From an uncultured bacterium (lineage in GTDB: Bacteria > CSSED10-310 > CAZUFC01), in contig CAZUFC010000051.1 in the NCBI GenBank assembly GCA_964619725.1, forward strand, positions 1 through 55,229: DNA of 55,229 nucleotides, in the 5' to 3' direction. Each line of letters opens with the position of its first letter. The first letter of the stretch is position 1. Under the pieces are notes generated by a model. That model searched no databases. It had not been told where the DNA came from and was given only the letters and a program-made list of their open reading frames with translations. The position numbers were made by a program, and so were the translations under genes. Below, one piece after another: positions 38,437 through 48,544 of the stretch.

Positions 38437-39429
38437 ATGATTGCCGTCAATGATCGAAAAGCGAAAAACACAGCGTTGCCGTCCCTTTCCAAGGGAATCG
38501 TTCAATTTATCGTTGCAGCGGTCGGTTCTGCCGGCGTTATATTTTTTCTTTTGAAAAAGCTTGATCTTGCTCAGGTCAGGGCAGCTTTTTACGGTATCGA
38601 TATTAATTACGTGGTCATAATGCTGGCCGTGTCTTTGTTCGGTAACGTGATAATCGAAGCGGACAAGTATCGACGAATAGTCCGTACTTTGGGCTGCAAT
38701 CTGACGCTTCGTTCAGCCGTGTTCATCAGACTTGGTTCGGCGCCGGCCAAATTCATTTTGCCGGGCAAGGTCGGCGAGGCATTGAAGATATTTTATCTGA
38801 AAACGCAGAGGGGGTTGCCTCTGAGTTCAGGTTTATCGACGATCATGTTCGACAAATACGCTAATCTGACGGGCGCGGCGATTTTGACGATAATACCGGC
38901 TGTTTTTTATGAGCCCCTGCGTCCTTACCGCATACCTATCATCCTTATCCCGCTGATCATGGTGACGGCGCTGGGCGCTTCGCAACGGCTGCTGTTCCTG
39001 AAGGACCGTTTTTCCAATTCAAAGTTGAAGACGAAGATAATGAATTTGCTGGGAACATTTTCCATTCCGCCTAAAAAAGTCAAATTCGCTTTACTGGCGT
39101 ATGCGATTTTTTTTGAAATGACGGAATTCGTGAATACTTATCTCGTGTCGCAAGCTCTGGGTCTGAACATACCGATACAGGCCATCGTCGTCAGGGTTCC
39201 GCTTTTAATCATCGCCGGCAGTCTGCCGTTCACGGTTTCGGGCCTGGGCGCTCGTGAAGCTGCGTTTATTCTTCTTTTTCGCGAATTCGGCGAAAAGGAA
39301 ATCCTTTTCAGCGCCGGGCTGCTCATTTCCGTTATCGAATACGCTTTAGTCGCAATACTGGGTACGGCATTTCAACCCTTTTTTTTAAAGAATGCGTTCG
39401 CAAATAAAGGCAGGCGGTCAGAAACGTGA
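38437..39429 (+). CDS. Lysylphosphatidylglycerol synthase TM domain / UPF0104 flippase-like protein
   Basis: LPGKVGEALK, FDKY, LPFTVSGLGAREAA and multiple TMs. Confidence 0.85.
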   Translation: MIAVNDRKAKNTALPSLSKGIVQFIVAAVGSAGVIFFLLKKLDLAQVRAAFYGIDINYVVIMLAVSLFGNVIIEADKYRRIVRTLGCNLTLRSAVFIRLGSAPAKFILPGKVGEALKIFYLKTQRGLPLSSGLSTIMFDKYANLTGAAILTIIPAVFYEPLRPYRIPIILIPLIMVTALGASQRLLFLKDRFSNSKLKTKIMNLLGTFSIPPKKVKFALLAYAIFFEMTEFVNTYLVSQALGLNIPIQAIVVRVPLLIIAGSLPFTVSGLGAREAAFILLFREFGEKEILFSAGLLISVIEYALVAILGTAFQPFFLKNAFANKGRRSET

Positions 39430-39431
39430 TT

Positions 39432-40595
39432 TCATGTCCATTGTCGATATTCGTCCGCTTCTTCGCCGCGGTCCAGTTCATCCAGCAGTTCGACGAATCT
39501 TTTATGGAGTTCTCTGTTGTCTGATCGGAGAGCCTGAATAACTATCTGATCGTCAAAACCTTCCAGAAATTCATCCAGGAGGTGGATGCCTTTTCTGGCG
39601 TATTCCAGCGCTTTCAATTTGTCGCCCGACCCGTAATAAGCCCTCACCAGTTGTTTGCAGGCAGCCAGTATTGACGGTTTATCATTAAGGTCTATTGCGG
39701 AGTCCAGGATCAGCTCCAGTTCATAGGCAGCGGTCTTAAAGTCGCCGGCGTCTATAAGACATTTGGCCAGGGTCGTTTGGATTTCTATTCGAGAATAGGG
39801 AAGAGCCAATTCGTCGGCAATGTGCATCGCCTCTTCTAGCAGACCTTTCGCCTGTTCCATTTTTTCTTCTCTCGCCGATAACTCGCCCTGCGTATGGAGC
39901 AGCAGCATCCTCATAATGGCGGAACCGTGCTCCTCTGATATTTTTTCAGCTTCTTCCAGATGTCTCCCGGCTTCTTCTGTTTTTTTCTCTTTCAGCCAAC
40001 ATCTGGTCAAATCGATATGCAGAATGCCCGAACGATCGTAATCACCTATAGCCTCGGTCATTTGCAACGCCTTTTCATAAAAACCGCAGGCTTTATTGCC
40101 TATGCCTAAAATTTCATTTAACTTCCCCATAAAGGTCAACGTCTTGGCCGCACCCAGCTTATCATCATCGGAAAGAAAACAATCAAGCTGATCCTGAAGC
40201 TCTTCTGATATGTCGTGCAACTCTCCCATCAGAGCTCGGATGTAATTTTCATAGTATCGTACATGATTCAGCCCCGTCCTGTTCGACTCCGACGTGAAAT
40301 CTTTTCTGGCTTCTTCCAAATGCCGAAAGGCTGAAACCGAAGAGCCCTTAAGGAATCTTATCTTGGCTAATCCTATTTTTGCCCAGCCGTTTGAAGGCTC
40401 TTCCGACAGAATTCTGCGGAAATAATTTTCCCCCTGATCGAATAATCCTGTGATTTTAAAGCAATCAGCCAATTTATCGTACATCATCCAATTTTCCGGT
40501 TCCTTTGTCCTGGCTGACTTCAGTTCTTCCAGGGCTTCTTCAAAACGGCCCCTCTGGTAAAGATATGATCCTTGCTTGTAATGATTGGCGTTCAC
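39432..40595 (-). CDS. Tetratricopeptide repeat protein
   Basis: TPR helices (GRFEEALEEL, FYEKALQM, LEEAMHIA). AAGGAGGAGG RBS before GTG at 40595. Confidence 0.78.
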   Translation of the reverse strand: MNANHYKQGSYLYQRGRFEEALEELKSARTKEPENWMMYDKLADCFKITGLFDQGENYFRRILSEEPSNGWAKIGLAKIRFLKGSSVSAFRHLEEARKDFTSESNRTGLNHVRYYENYIRALMGELHDISEELQDQLDCFLSDDDKLGAAKTLTFMGKLNEILGIGNKACGFYEKALQMTEAIGDYDRSGILHIDLTRCWLKEKKTEEAGRHLEEAEKISEEHGSAIMRMLLLHTQGELSAREEKMEQAKGLLEEAMHIADELALPYSRIEIQTTLAKCLIDAGDFKTAAYELELILDSAIDLNDKPSILAACKQLVRAYYGSGDKLKALEYARKGIHLLDEFLEGFDDQIVIQALRSDNRELHKRFVELLDELDRGEEADEYRQWT

Positions 40596-40843
40596 TTTGC
40601 CTCCTCCTTTAAAATCTCCGGCGCTGCCGGAGTAACCCGGCGAATCCCGGGGCATCAACCGTCCCCAAAACATCCGGCCTGACGTTTCCCCGGAAAGAAG
40701 GAAAAAAATTGGTTCTGTTGTGATCACCATGCAAAGCATGGGGTTTTAATTCGAAACGAAGTTCCATACTTTCTTACTCATCGTTACCTCGAAAAGGACT
40801 GAAAAATTTTCTAAGTCCGCGCATTAATCAACGTCTGCAGAAT

Positions 40844-42280
40844 TTATTTAAAGATCAATTTCTCCGGCATAAATTTGAAAAATTTATATTTAAAACGCGC
40901 CCTGGCTACAGGACGATAAAGACTTGAAACAATATTCGCCAGTTTTGAATCACCCAGCATTTTTATTTTATCGTCTATGCAATAGGAAGCCACTGAAATG
41001 CCGTTGATCAGTTTCATCAACTCCGGCGATTTGTCCCTTTTGACCGCGCTTTGCCAATCATATTGTCCCCATTCCTGGAGGGTATGCGGAGGCCGGTATC
41101 CTTCTTTGAGCGCTTCCTGGTACAGTTTGGTTCCGGGATATTCCTTGTAAATATGGATTGTGCCGATGTAGGCGTTGGGATTCTCCCGGAGCAGTTTGCA
41201 AACCAGGTCGACCGTCATGAAGAGGTCTTCCCGTTTTTCTGAAGGCAGTCCGACCATAAAGTTATAAAAGGCTGCCGTATTAGGATATCGGGCAAGACGT
41301 CGATTGACCTCTATCACATCGGGGATGTCGAGTTTTTTGTTGATGAGTTTAAGGATACGGGGCGATCCCGATTCGACGCCGAATTGTAAAAAACGGCATC
41401 CCGCTGCTATGAAACGGTCCAGTTCCCGGTCGGACATTCGAGTTATCCCGTCTATGCGTCCCTGGTAACCCATGGAAATATCCAGTTTATCGCCGTGGTA
41501 TCGATCAATGAATCGCTTCACCCGCTCAGGGTCAATAAAAAAACTGTCGTCTATCGCCAGAAATGAACGAATATTGTAGTCATTCATAAGACCGTGAATC
41601 ATATTCATGATCGTATCGACATTGCGGGCGCGCCACTTGCGTTTATTAAACGATTTATTGTAGCAGAAGCCGCACGCATAAGGGCAGCCGCGGGAAGTCT
41701 CTATTTCAATGACTTCCTTCTCATAGTAATAGGTATGCAGGTAATCCCTGACGTCAAGCAGATGGTAGGCGGGAGTAGGTATGGCATCCAGGTCCAGGAA
41801 GGGCGCAGCGTCGTTCCGTATGATTTTTTCAGACTTTCTGTATACTAGATTAGGAACTTTATCCACATTTTTCTTGTCGGAAAGACAATGAACCAAATCC
41901 CGTAAACCTGTTTCGCCTTCACCTGTAATGACATAATCAATGGAGCGTTCCTGCATGGTTTCTTCGGGAAAAATAGATGCGTGCACTCCGCCCCAGACGA
42001 CCGGCGTTGAGGAATGATCTTTTACGAATCGGCTGATTTCCAGCGCCTGAAGAAGCTGGGAACCCGTCATGCTGGTGATGCCTACTAACAGAGGCTTTTT
42101 CGTCAAGGCTTCCTGGAGCGTCTTTTTCCATTGGCGGTCTTTGTGCTGATCGATGATTTGTATGTCATAACCCTCCTGGTCAGCGAATACTGATACCGAT
42201 ATCAGGCCGAGAGGGAGAAAAGGTTTGAAAACCCTGTTGTAAATTCCAATTCGCGGATTAACTAATATTATGTCTGCCAT
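40844..42280 (-). CDS. B12-binding domain radical SAM protein
   Basis: PLGL, WGGVHAS, GEGE, TSRGCPYACGFC, GVESGS, YPGT. Confidence 0.92.
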   Translation of the reverse strand: MADIILVNPRIGIYNRVFKPFLPLGLISVSVFADQEGYDIQIIDQHKDRQWKKTLQEALTKKPLLVGITSMTGSQLLQALEISRFVKDHSSTPVVWGGVHASIFPEETMQERSIDYVITGEGETGLRDLVHCLSDKKNVDKVPNLVYRKSEKIIRNDAAPFLDLDAIPTPAYHLLDVRDYLHTYYYEKEVIEIETSRGCPYACGFCYNKSFNKRKWRARNVDTIMNMIHGLMNDYNIRSFLAIDDSFFIDPERVKRFIDRYHGDKLDISMGYQGRIDGITRMSDRELDRFIAAGCRFLQFGVESGSPRILKLINKKLDIPDVIEVNRRLARYPNTAAFYNFMVGLPSEKREDLFMTVDLVCKLLRENPNAYIGTIHIYKEYPGTKLYQEALKEGYRPPHTLQEWGQYDWQSAVKRDKSPELMKLINGISVASYCIDDKIKMLGDSKLANIVSSLYRPVARARFKYKFFKFMPEKLIFK

Positions 42281-42358
42281 ATTTCTTTCTGTTGAATCTG
42301 TGCGGATTCCATTTTGCCGCTCATTTCAGACGCATCTTTATTAAACGTTCAATTCCGT

Positions 42359-42387
42359 TTGACAAAACGATCCAGCATCAATAAAAT
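42359..42387 (+). promoter_or_regulatory. Sigma70 promoter for tRNA-Arg
   Basis: TTGACA, 17 nt, TAAAAT. Confidence 0.7.
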
Positions 42388-42429
42388 CATTGCGATTTCT
42401 TTCAGGATAAACATCCTGAAGTCTTCCGG

Positions 42430-42503
42430 GCGCCTGTAGCTCATCTGGATAGAGCGTCGGACTCCGGATCCGAAGGCAGGAGGTTCGAACCCTCTCAGGC
42501 GCA
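42430..42503 (+). tRNA. tRNA-Arg (anticodon CCG), CCA not encoded
   Basis: Acceptor gcgcctg/caggcgc, D arm gctc/gagc, anticodon arm tcgga-ctCCGga-tccga, T loop ttcgaac. Confidence 0.96.
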
Positions 42504-42587
42504 TTTACTCCTTTAAATATCGTTTCGACGTTTCAAAAAGCTAAAAACGACTCCGCAACTCGGGTTATCCCAACGATACCCATCCGC

Positions 42588-43022
42588 TTATTCAGCGGCA
42601 GGAGTTTCCTTTTCGTCCCTGGTCTGTTCTTCGGAAACTGTCGCGCTATCAGAAGTTTCTGCATGCGGCGACTCATCCTTCTCATCCGGCTCACTTTCCC
42701 TCGCTGATTCTTTGCCGGCAGAAGCGGGCGCTTCAGGCTCCTCTTGCCTGGGTTTTTTCGATTCCTGGACGAAGGTAAGTCTCAGATTCGTCAGCATAGT
42801 CTCGAGCACCCGGCTTTCGTTTTCGTCAAGATTTGATTTGGTTTTTTCTTTCAGCATGCCCAGCAGATCGATGTTGAAACGGGCCTGTTCCAGATCGTGT
42901 TCCAGTTTGTTCGTGGCAGGATTGGTTATCTTTCCCATTGCCATCATCGCCGCGCTGTTCAACGACCAGATCAATTGGACGAATAAAGCAGAATTCCGTT
43001 GTTCATCCGTCATTTCACTCAT
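42588..43022 (-). CDS. DUF1844 family protein
   Basis: F.QLI.SL...AMMAMG...NP...DLEQARFNIDLLGMLKEKTKSNL. GGAGG RBS. Confidence 0.88.
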   Translation of the reverse strand: MSEMTDEQRNSALFVQLIWSLNSAAMMAMGKITNPATNKLEHDLEQARFNIDLLGMLKEKTKSNLDENESRVLETMLTNLRLTFVQESKKPRQEEPEAPASAGKESARESEPDEKDESPHAETSDSATVSEEQTRDEKETPAAE

Positions 43023-43364
43023 CTTTGCACCTCCAGGTTTGAGTTACCTTAAAAGAATCAAATGCGAGAAGCATGGAAAAATTGAGAAATATTATTCAAA
43101 AATAAATAACAGAGTAAATCCATGATCCGACAAGCGCCGTTACTTATAGCCGGCACGATATTAGCGATTCCGTTGATTTATGTCAATGCCGGCTGAGAAT
43201 CCGGCGTTTCGCGTCCGGAAGAGCTATCCGATACAGCGGTGAAACGGACTCTTCTCTGGAGACCTTGCAATACGAAAATAACTGTTTTACAATAATTCGC
43301 CGCTGAACCGCCTTTCGTTCAGCTTGATTCATCTCCTTTAGATCGATTGAAACACGGGTGTGAT

Positions 43365-44825
43365 ATGCAAAAAAAAGAAAAAAATGAAGACAAAAAAAGA
43401 CTTCCCAGAAATTTTTATGTTTTGCTGGGTTGCGGCTCGTTAGGTTTTGCGGTCGCAAAAAGGTTAAGAGATTCTCATCATCAGTTTTTCATCATCGACA
43501 AGAATGCCGAAAAGGTTAAATCGCTGCAGGAAACGGATTTTGAAGCTTTTCAGGCTGATATATCGAGTCCGCAAGTCATTGACATCCTGGAAAAGTACCG
43601 TGTAAAAGGCGCATTGATCTTAAGTCCCGACAAGGCGGCGAATAAAGCGGCTCTGGAGATGATAAAGGAGTATGATCCGAAGATACTGACTATTTACAGG
43701 ATCAGCGATCCTGCAGAAGAGGAAGAGCCGGCCGACGTGAAACCGGACCTGTTTATCAATCCGTTGAGTATTCTTGCCGATGAGATTCTGGAAAAACTGA
43801 TGAATTCTGAGAGACAGTCCAAGACAAAGGAATTTCTGGAATTCATAAACCGGTATGAAAAGGGAGAAAAGATCGGCATAGTCATCCAGGACACTCCTGA
43901 CCCCGACGGAATCGCCAGCGCTATGGCGCTTTCCTATATTCTGCAACAACACGACATTAATTCTGACATCATTTTTTCAGGAGGACTCGGGCACCAGGCC
44001 AACAAAGCCATGGTTAACCTGCTGAATATCCGAATGATTAATTATTCGGAAGAAATAATCAAGAAATACAGTCATTTCGCACTGGTTGACGTGGGAGTTC
44101 CATCGGAAAACAACTCACTTCCTTCGGGAACGCACGTCGATATCATCATAGACCATCACAAAACCAATGAGCAGAAATTAAAAGCTGATTTCATCGACCT
44201 TCGTCCGGACGTAGGCGCCAATGCGACCATATTGACCGATTACTTGATGGAGATGGGATTCGAAATCGACGTCAGGCTTGCGACTGCCCTGCTTTACGGT
44301 ATCAGGTCCGACACGGATGAATTCAGAAGAAACGCCGGTCCTCTGGATTTGAAAGCCGCTTCCGCACTGTATGCACTCGCGGACAAAAACCTGTTAAGGC
44401 AGATACAAAGTCCTGCGAAAACGCAAGACACCGTGGACGTATTGGGCGACGCCATTAAAAACAAGGTCGTTAAAGGCAATTGCCTGGTGAGTAACGCCGG
44501 ATTAATTCACGATAAAGATTCGCTGGCCCAGGCGGCGGATTACCTTATCACAATGGAAGGCATCAATACCGCGCTTGTCTTCGGCATTACACACGATAAA
44601 ATCTACATCTCTGCCAGGAATACGGACGTAAGGACGAATATCGGCGCCGTGCTTGTCGATGCTTTCGATGACGTCGGTTCCTCCGGAGGTCATCGAACCA
44701 TGGCCGGCGCTCAAATACCGCTGGGCGTTTTTTCCGACACAAAGGATAAGGAAACCCTTTACAAATTAGTCGAAGAAGCCGTTAAAAACAGGTTCTTTGA
44801 AGCTCTCGGAAGAACCGTCGACTGA
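43365..44825 (+). CDS. TrkA-N (RCK) domain fused to DHH/DHHA1 phosphoesterase
   Basis: LGCGSLG Rossmann motif, PDPDGIASA, LVD, IDHH, GIRSDT, SAR, GGHRTMAG. Confidence 0.88.
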   Translation: MQKKEKNEDKKRLPRNFYVLLGCGSLGFAVAKRLRDSHHQFFIIDKNAEKVKSLQETDFEAFQADISSPQVIDILEKYRVKGALILSPDKAANKAALEMIKEYDPKILTIYRISDPAEEEEPADVKPDLFINPLSILADEILEKLMNSERQSKTKEFLEFINRYEKGEKIGIVIQDTPDPDGIASAMALSYILQQHDINSDIIFSGGLGHQANKAMVNLLNIRMINYSEEIIKKYSHFALVDVGVPSENNSLPSGTHVDIIIDHHKTNEQKLKADFIDLRPDVGANATILTDYLMEMGFEIDVRLATALLYGIRSDTDEFRRNAGPLDLKAASALYALADKNLLRQIQSPAKTQDTVDVLGDAIKNKVVKGNCLVSNAGLIHDKDSLAQAADYLITMEGINTALVFGITHDKIYISARNTDVRTNIGAVLVDAFDDVGSSGGHRTMAGAQIPLGVFSDTKDKETLYKLVEEAVKNRFFEALGRTVD

Positions 44826-44897
44826 GATATTGATCATCCGGATTAATGATTATTTCTCAAGACATTGCCGGCTCTTTAAAACAAGAATTGGCATGGA

Positions 44898-44926
44898 TCA
44901 AAAATACCTCTTTCGAGGTTACAATT
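44898..44926 (+). repeat. Dispersed 29-bp repeat, copy B
   Basis: tcaaaaatacctctttcgaggttacaatt is 26/29 identical to 7365-7393. Confidence 0.6.
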
Positions 44927-45210
44927 CGACAGAATCCCCCATCATTTTGTTTAAATTTCGATTGCGATCCCGATCCCTGGGCCGATTACTGAAACAAACT
45001 GTCAAAGTTTTGAAAAAATCGTACCCCCGGTTTGGTCAGTCCCCAAGATTTATTAATCCGTATGCTTCAAAGTCATTTGCTGTCTGAATTACCTGACCCG
45101 GCGACGCAACGACGAAAAAATTTTTGTTGCTCATTCTGAAGGCTTTCGCTAATATATCAGTTTCGTAGGATTGTCGGCTTGAAAGGCGACGCACCAGCAA
45201 GGAGTGAAGA

Positions 45211-46194
45211 ATGTCAAATCCGAAATATTCAATTGTAATTCCTGTTTACAATGAAGAAGAATTGCTCGAAGTCCTTTTTACGCGTTTAAAGACATCGCTG
45301 GAAGACCTCGATGACTCCTGGGAAGTCATTTTGATTAACGACGGCAGTAAAGATAAATCTTTAACCATGCTGAAGGAATTTCACAAGAGAGATTCCCGTT
45401 TCAAGGTACTGAGTTTTTCCAGGAATTTCGGACATCAGACGGCCATTACCGCAGGAATAAATTTCGCCCGTGGGGATGCCGTAATAATAATGGATGCGGA
45501 CCTGCAGGACCCTCCAGAAATTCTGGGAAAGTTCATAGACAAATGGAAAGAGGGATATGAAGTCGTTTATGCGGTCAGGAAGAAGAGGAAGGAGAGCGCT
45601 TTCAAAAAGTTGGCGTATTTGAGTTTTTACCGATTATTGAGGTCGGTTTCGGATATTGATATTCCTTTGGATACGGGCGATTTCTGCATAATGGACAGGA
45701 AAATAGTGAAAATTCTCAACAGGTTGCCTGAACGTAATCGTTTCGTGCGCGGAATAAGGAGCTGGTCGGGATACCGTCAGATAGGAATGGAGTATGAGCG
45801 TGACAAGAGGCTGGCCGGCGAGCCCAAATATACCATGAAGAAGCTTTTTAAACTGGCGTTCGACGGATTGATTTCCTTTTCGAAATTGCCGTTGAGAATA
45901 GCCTCAGTAATGGGTGTGGCGGTTTCCGCGTTGAGTTTTTTATACGGGATAGGCACTTTTTTTCAAAAGGTGTTCACGCAGACCACGGTACCGGGATATG
46001 CGACCACTATCATACTGATCACCTTTTTAGGCGGAATTCAGTTGATAACGATCGGGATAATCGGCGAATACTTGGGGAGAGTCTATGATGAAGTTAAAAA
46101 CAGGCCTCTGTATATTCTGTCTGATGTCATAGGTTTCGATACTGAAGCGCCTGCTGTGGAGAGTCCCGAAAATACCGTCAAGGAGGAGATATAA
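45211..46194 (+). CDS. GT2 polyisoprenyl-phosphate glycosyltransferase (GtrB/ArnC-like)
   Basis: IPVYNEE, NDGSKD, SRNFGHQ, MDADLQDPPE, DTGDF, two C-terminal TMs, GEYLGR..EVKNRP. Confidence 0.93.
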   Translation: MSNPKYSIVIPVYNEEELLEVLFTRLKTSLEDLDDSWEVILINDGSKDKSLTMLKEFHKRDSRFKVLSFSRNFGHQTAITAGINFARGDAVIIMDADLQDPPEILGKFIDKWKEGYEVVYAVRKKRKESAFKKLAYLSFYRLLRSVSDIDIPLDTGDFCIMDRKIVKILNRLPERNRFVRGIRSWSGYRQIGMEYERDKRLAGEPKYTMKKLFKLAFDGLISFSKLPLRIASVMGVAVSALSFLYGIGTFFQKVFTQTTVPGYATTIILITFLGGIQLITIGIIGEYLGRVYDEVKNRPLYILSDVIGFDTEAPAVESPENTVKEEI

Positions 46195-48069
46195 ATGCGC
46201 ATTTTATTTATTCATGCCGATTCTTTTGATTATAGAGTCACAGAAAAAACATCCGTCGCCGGCGCTCTCGGTGATATTGACGAAAAAATGGAAAAAGGAG
46301 CGGCCGAAGAAGTGTTAGTCGCTTTCATGGCCTCGGAGAAGACCGATGAAGATGATGTGGAATCAGTGGCTGAGAAGACTGCGGCGTTGCTCAAGGAAAA
46401 AGCGGAACAACTGAAAGCGAAAACCGTTATGCTGTATCCGTACGCGCATTTATCGAGTGAATTGAGTTCGCCCCGCGTGGCTGTTGACGTTCTGGGCAGG
46501 ATATACAAAAAGCTGTCGGAAGTGACGGAAATTGAAATAATGCAGGCTCCCTTCGGATACTACAAAGCTTTTAATATTTCCTGCAAGGGGCATCCGCTTT
46601 CCGAGACGGCTCAAACCGTTTTGCCGGGCAAGCGCGGTGAAAAAGCTCAGGAAGCAGGCGTTTCTGCGGCTTTACAATCGGAGAAAAAACTGGAATCCGA
46701 GTGGCTGGTATGCATGCCGAACGGTGAGATAGTGGAAGCGGAAAAAGCGGATATGAAAAAGTACCCTGATTTTCGGAAAATGTATGAATATGAGTTGCAC
46801 GGAACCAGGCAACTGGAGGAGCCACCGCCGCATATAGAGATGATGAGAAGACTGGAGATGGTTGATTATGAACCGGGTTCTGATGCAGGAAATTTCCGCT
46901 GGTATCCGAAAGGGCAACTGGTCAAAAGTCTTTTGGAAAGTTACGTCAGCGATATGGTGGTCGAATATGGAGGCATGCAGGTTGAAACTCCGGTGATGTA
47001 TGATTTTCAGCATCCGCTTTTGAGCAGTTATTTAAATCGTTTTCCCGCCCGGCAGTACATCGTCAAAAGCGACAAGAAAGAATACTTTTTACGGTTCGCT
47101 GCATGTTTCGGGCAGTACCTGATCCAGCATGACATGACCATGTCCTACAACCATATGCCTTTAAGGCTTTACGAGTTGACTCACTACTCCTTCAGAAGAG
47201 AGCAGTCGGGCGAGCTGGCGGGTTTGAAAAGACTGAGAACTTTTACAATGCCTGACCTTCATACTCTGACGACAGATATGGAACAGGCCAAACAGGAGTT
47301 TGTGAATCAGGTGAAACTGGCTCAAAAATGCGTGAAAGGTTTTGAAGTGGACGGTCAGGTTGCCGTGCGCTTCGTCAGGGACGTTTACGAAAAAAACCTT
47401 CCTTTCGTCAAAGAAATTGCAGCCATCAGTCAGAAACCCATCCTTCTGGAACTATGGGATGAACGTTTCTTCTATTTCGTTGCGAAATACGAGCTGAATT
47501 TTATCGATGCTCACGATAAAACTTCATGCCTCTCCACGGTGCAGATCGACGTCGAAAACACCGAACGCTTCGACATAACCTACGTTGACAAAGAGGGTCA
47601 AAGAAAACATCCGCTGCTTATGCATACCTCAGTTTCAGGCTCCATAGATCGCGTCCTCTATGCCATGCTGGAATCTCAGGCATTGAATATGAAAAAAGGC
47701 AAAAAACCTGAACTGCCCTTCTGGATTTCACCTGTGCAGGTAAGATTGATTCCTGTTTCAGACCGATTCGTTCAATTCGCCGAACAATTACTGCAAAAAA
47801 TTCCTTATCGATGCGATCTGGATGACCGGGAAGAAACAGTCAGAAGAAGAATTCGCGACGCGGAAAAAGAATGGATTCCCTATATACTGGTCCTGGGGGA
47901 AAAAGAAGTTTCCGGTGATATGCTGAACATCCGTTGTCGTCGCGAGGGCTCAAAAAATATGAATCTGCAACATTTCATCGAATTATTGGACAGCCGGCAG
48001 CAAAATTATCCCTGGAAAAGGCTGAATCTGCCCGCTAAACTGTCCAAAAGACCCATCTTCGTCGGATAA
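46195..48069 (+). CDS. thrS: Threonyl-tRNA synthetase, archaeal type
   Basis: Archaeal editing domain (MRILFIH, YPYAHLSS, APFGYYKAFNISCKGHPLSE), RFAACFGQ, FRREQSGE...RLRTFTMPDLH, QIDVEN, C-terminal SKRPIFVG. Confidence 0.93.
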   Translation: MRILFIHADSFDYRVTEKTSVAGALGDIDEKMEKGAAEEVLVAFMASEKTDEDDVESVAEKTAALLKEKAEQLKAKTVMLYPYAHLSSELSSPRVAVDVLGRIYKKLSEVTEIEIMQAPFGYYKAFNISCKGHPLSETAQTVLPGKRGEKAQEAGVSAALQSEKKLESEWLVCMPNGEIVEAEKADMKKYPDFRKMYEYELHGTRQLEEPPPHIEMMRRLEMVDYEPGSDAGNFRWYPKGQLVKSLLESYVSDMVVEYGGMQVETPVMYDFQHPLLSSYLNRFPARQYIVKSDKKEYFLRFAACFGQYLIQHDMTMSYNHMPLRLYELTHYSFRREQSGELAGLKRLRTFTMPDLHTLTTDMEQAKQEFVNQVKLAQKCVKGFEVDGQVAVRFVRDVYEKNLPFVKEIAAISQKPILLELWDERFFYFVAKYELNFIDAHDKTSCLSTVQIDVENTERFDITYVDKEGQRKHPLLMHTSVSGSIDRVLYAMLESQALNMKKGKKPELPFWISPVQVRLIPVSDRFVQFAEQLLQKIPYRCDLDDREETVRRRIRDAEKEWIPYILVLGEKEVSGDMLNIRCRREGSKNMNLQHFIELLDSRQQNYPWKRLNLPAKLSKRPIFVG

Positions 48070-48087
48070 AAAGGACCCCGCAGAATC

Positions 48088-48498
48088 ATGAACGACAATC
48101 ATCGCAAAAAAAAATTGAAGGGAAAATTCGGCTATGCATTGAAACGTTTCAGCGCGGGTATGTTTAAAAATGTCCGCATAATGAGAGCCAGGTATCATAT
48201 CTCTTCCCTGACCCGCTTGAAAAATCAAAAATTCAAGGAATTGGGAATGAAAACTTTTCGGTTGATCAAAACGAACAGAATTGAGATTCCCGAAACGGAG
48301 AAGACGACGAAAGAGCTGAGAGAGCTTGAAGAGAAAATTAATCAGCGCGTGGAAGAAATTAATTCCATCATCCTGGATGATAATTATCCGGAAAGAAATT
48401 TGCTCTCATCTGAGAAGGAAGAGGCAATCCGAAAAGAAGAAAGTCGCCCCGCTTCAACTGACGTTTCAGTCGACCCTGATGCGGAATTGACGGAATAG
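48088..48498 (+). CDS. Hypothetical protein (coiled coil)
   Basis: Same strand, 19 nt after thrS, AAGGA RBS. Confidence 0.6.
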   Translation: MNDNHRKKKLKGKFGYALKRFSAGMFKNVRIMRARYHISSLTRLKNQKFKELGMKTFRLIKTNRIEIPETEKTTKELRELEEKINQRVEEINSIILDDNYPERNLLSSEKEEAIRKEESRPASTDVSVDPDAELTE

Positions 48499-48544
48499 GA
48501 TTCTCAGGAGCGGAACGGGCCTGGTTCCGGATAATCTTTTCGCT

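Noticed and set aside
42430-42503. tRNA-Arg as an integration site of an island in this window
   Set aside because: No duplicate of the tRNA 3' end and no integrase were seen.
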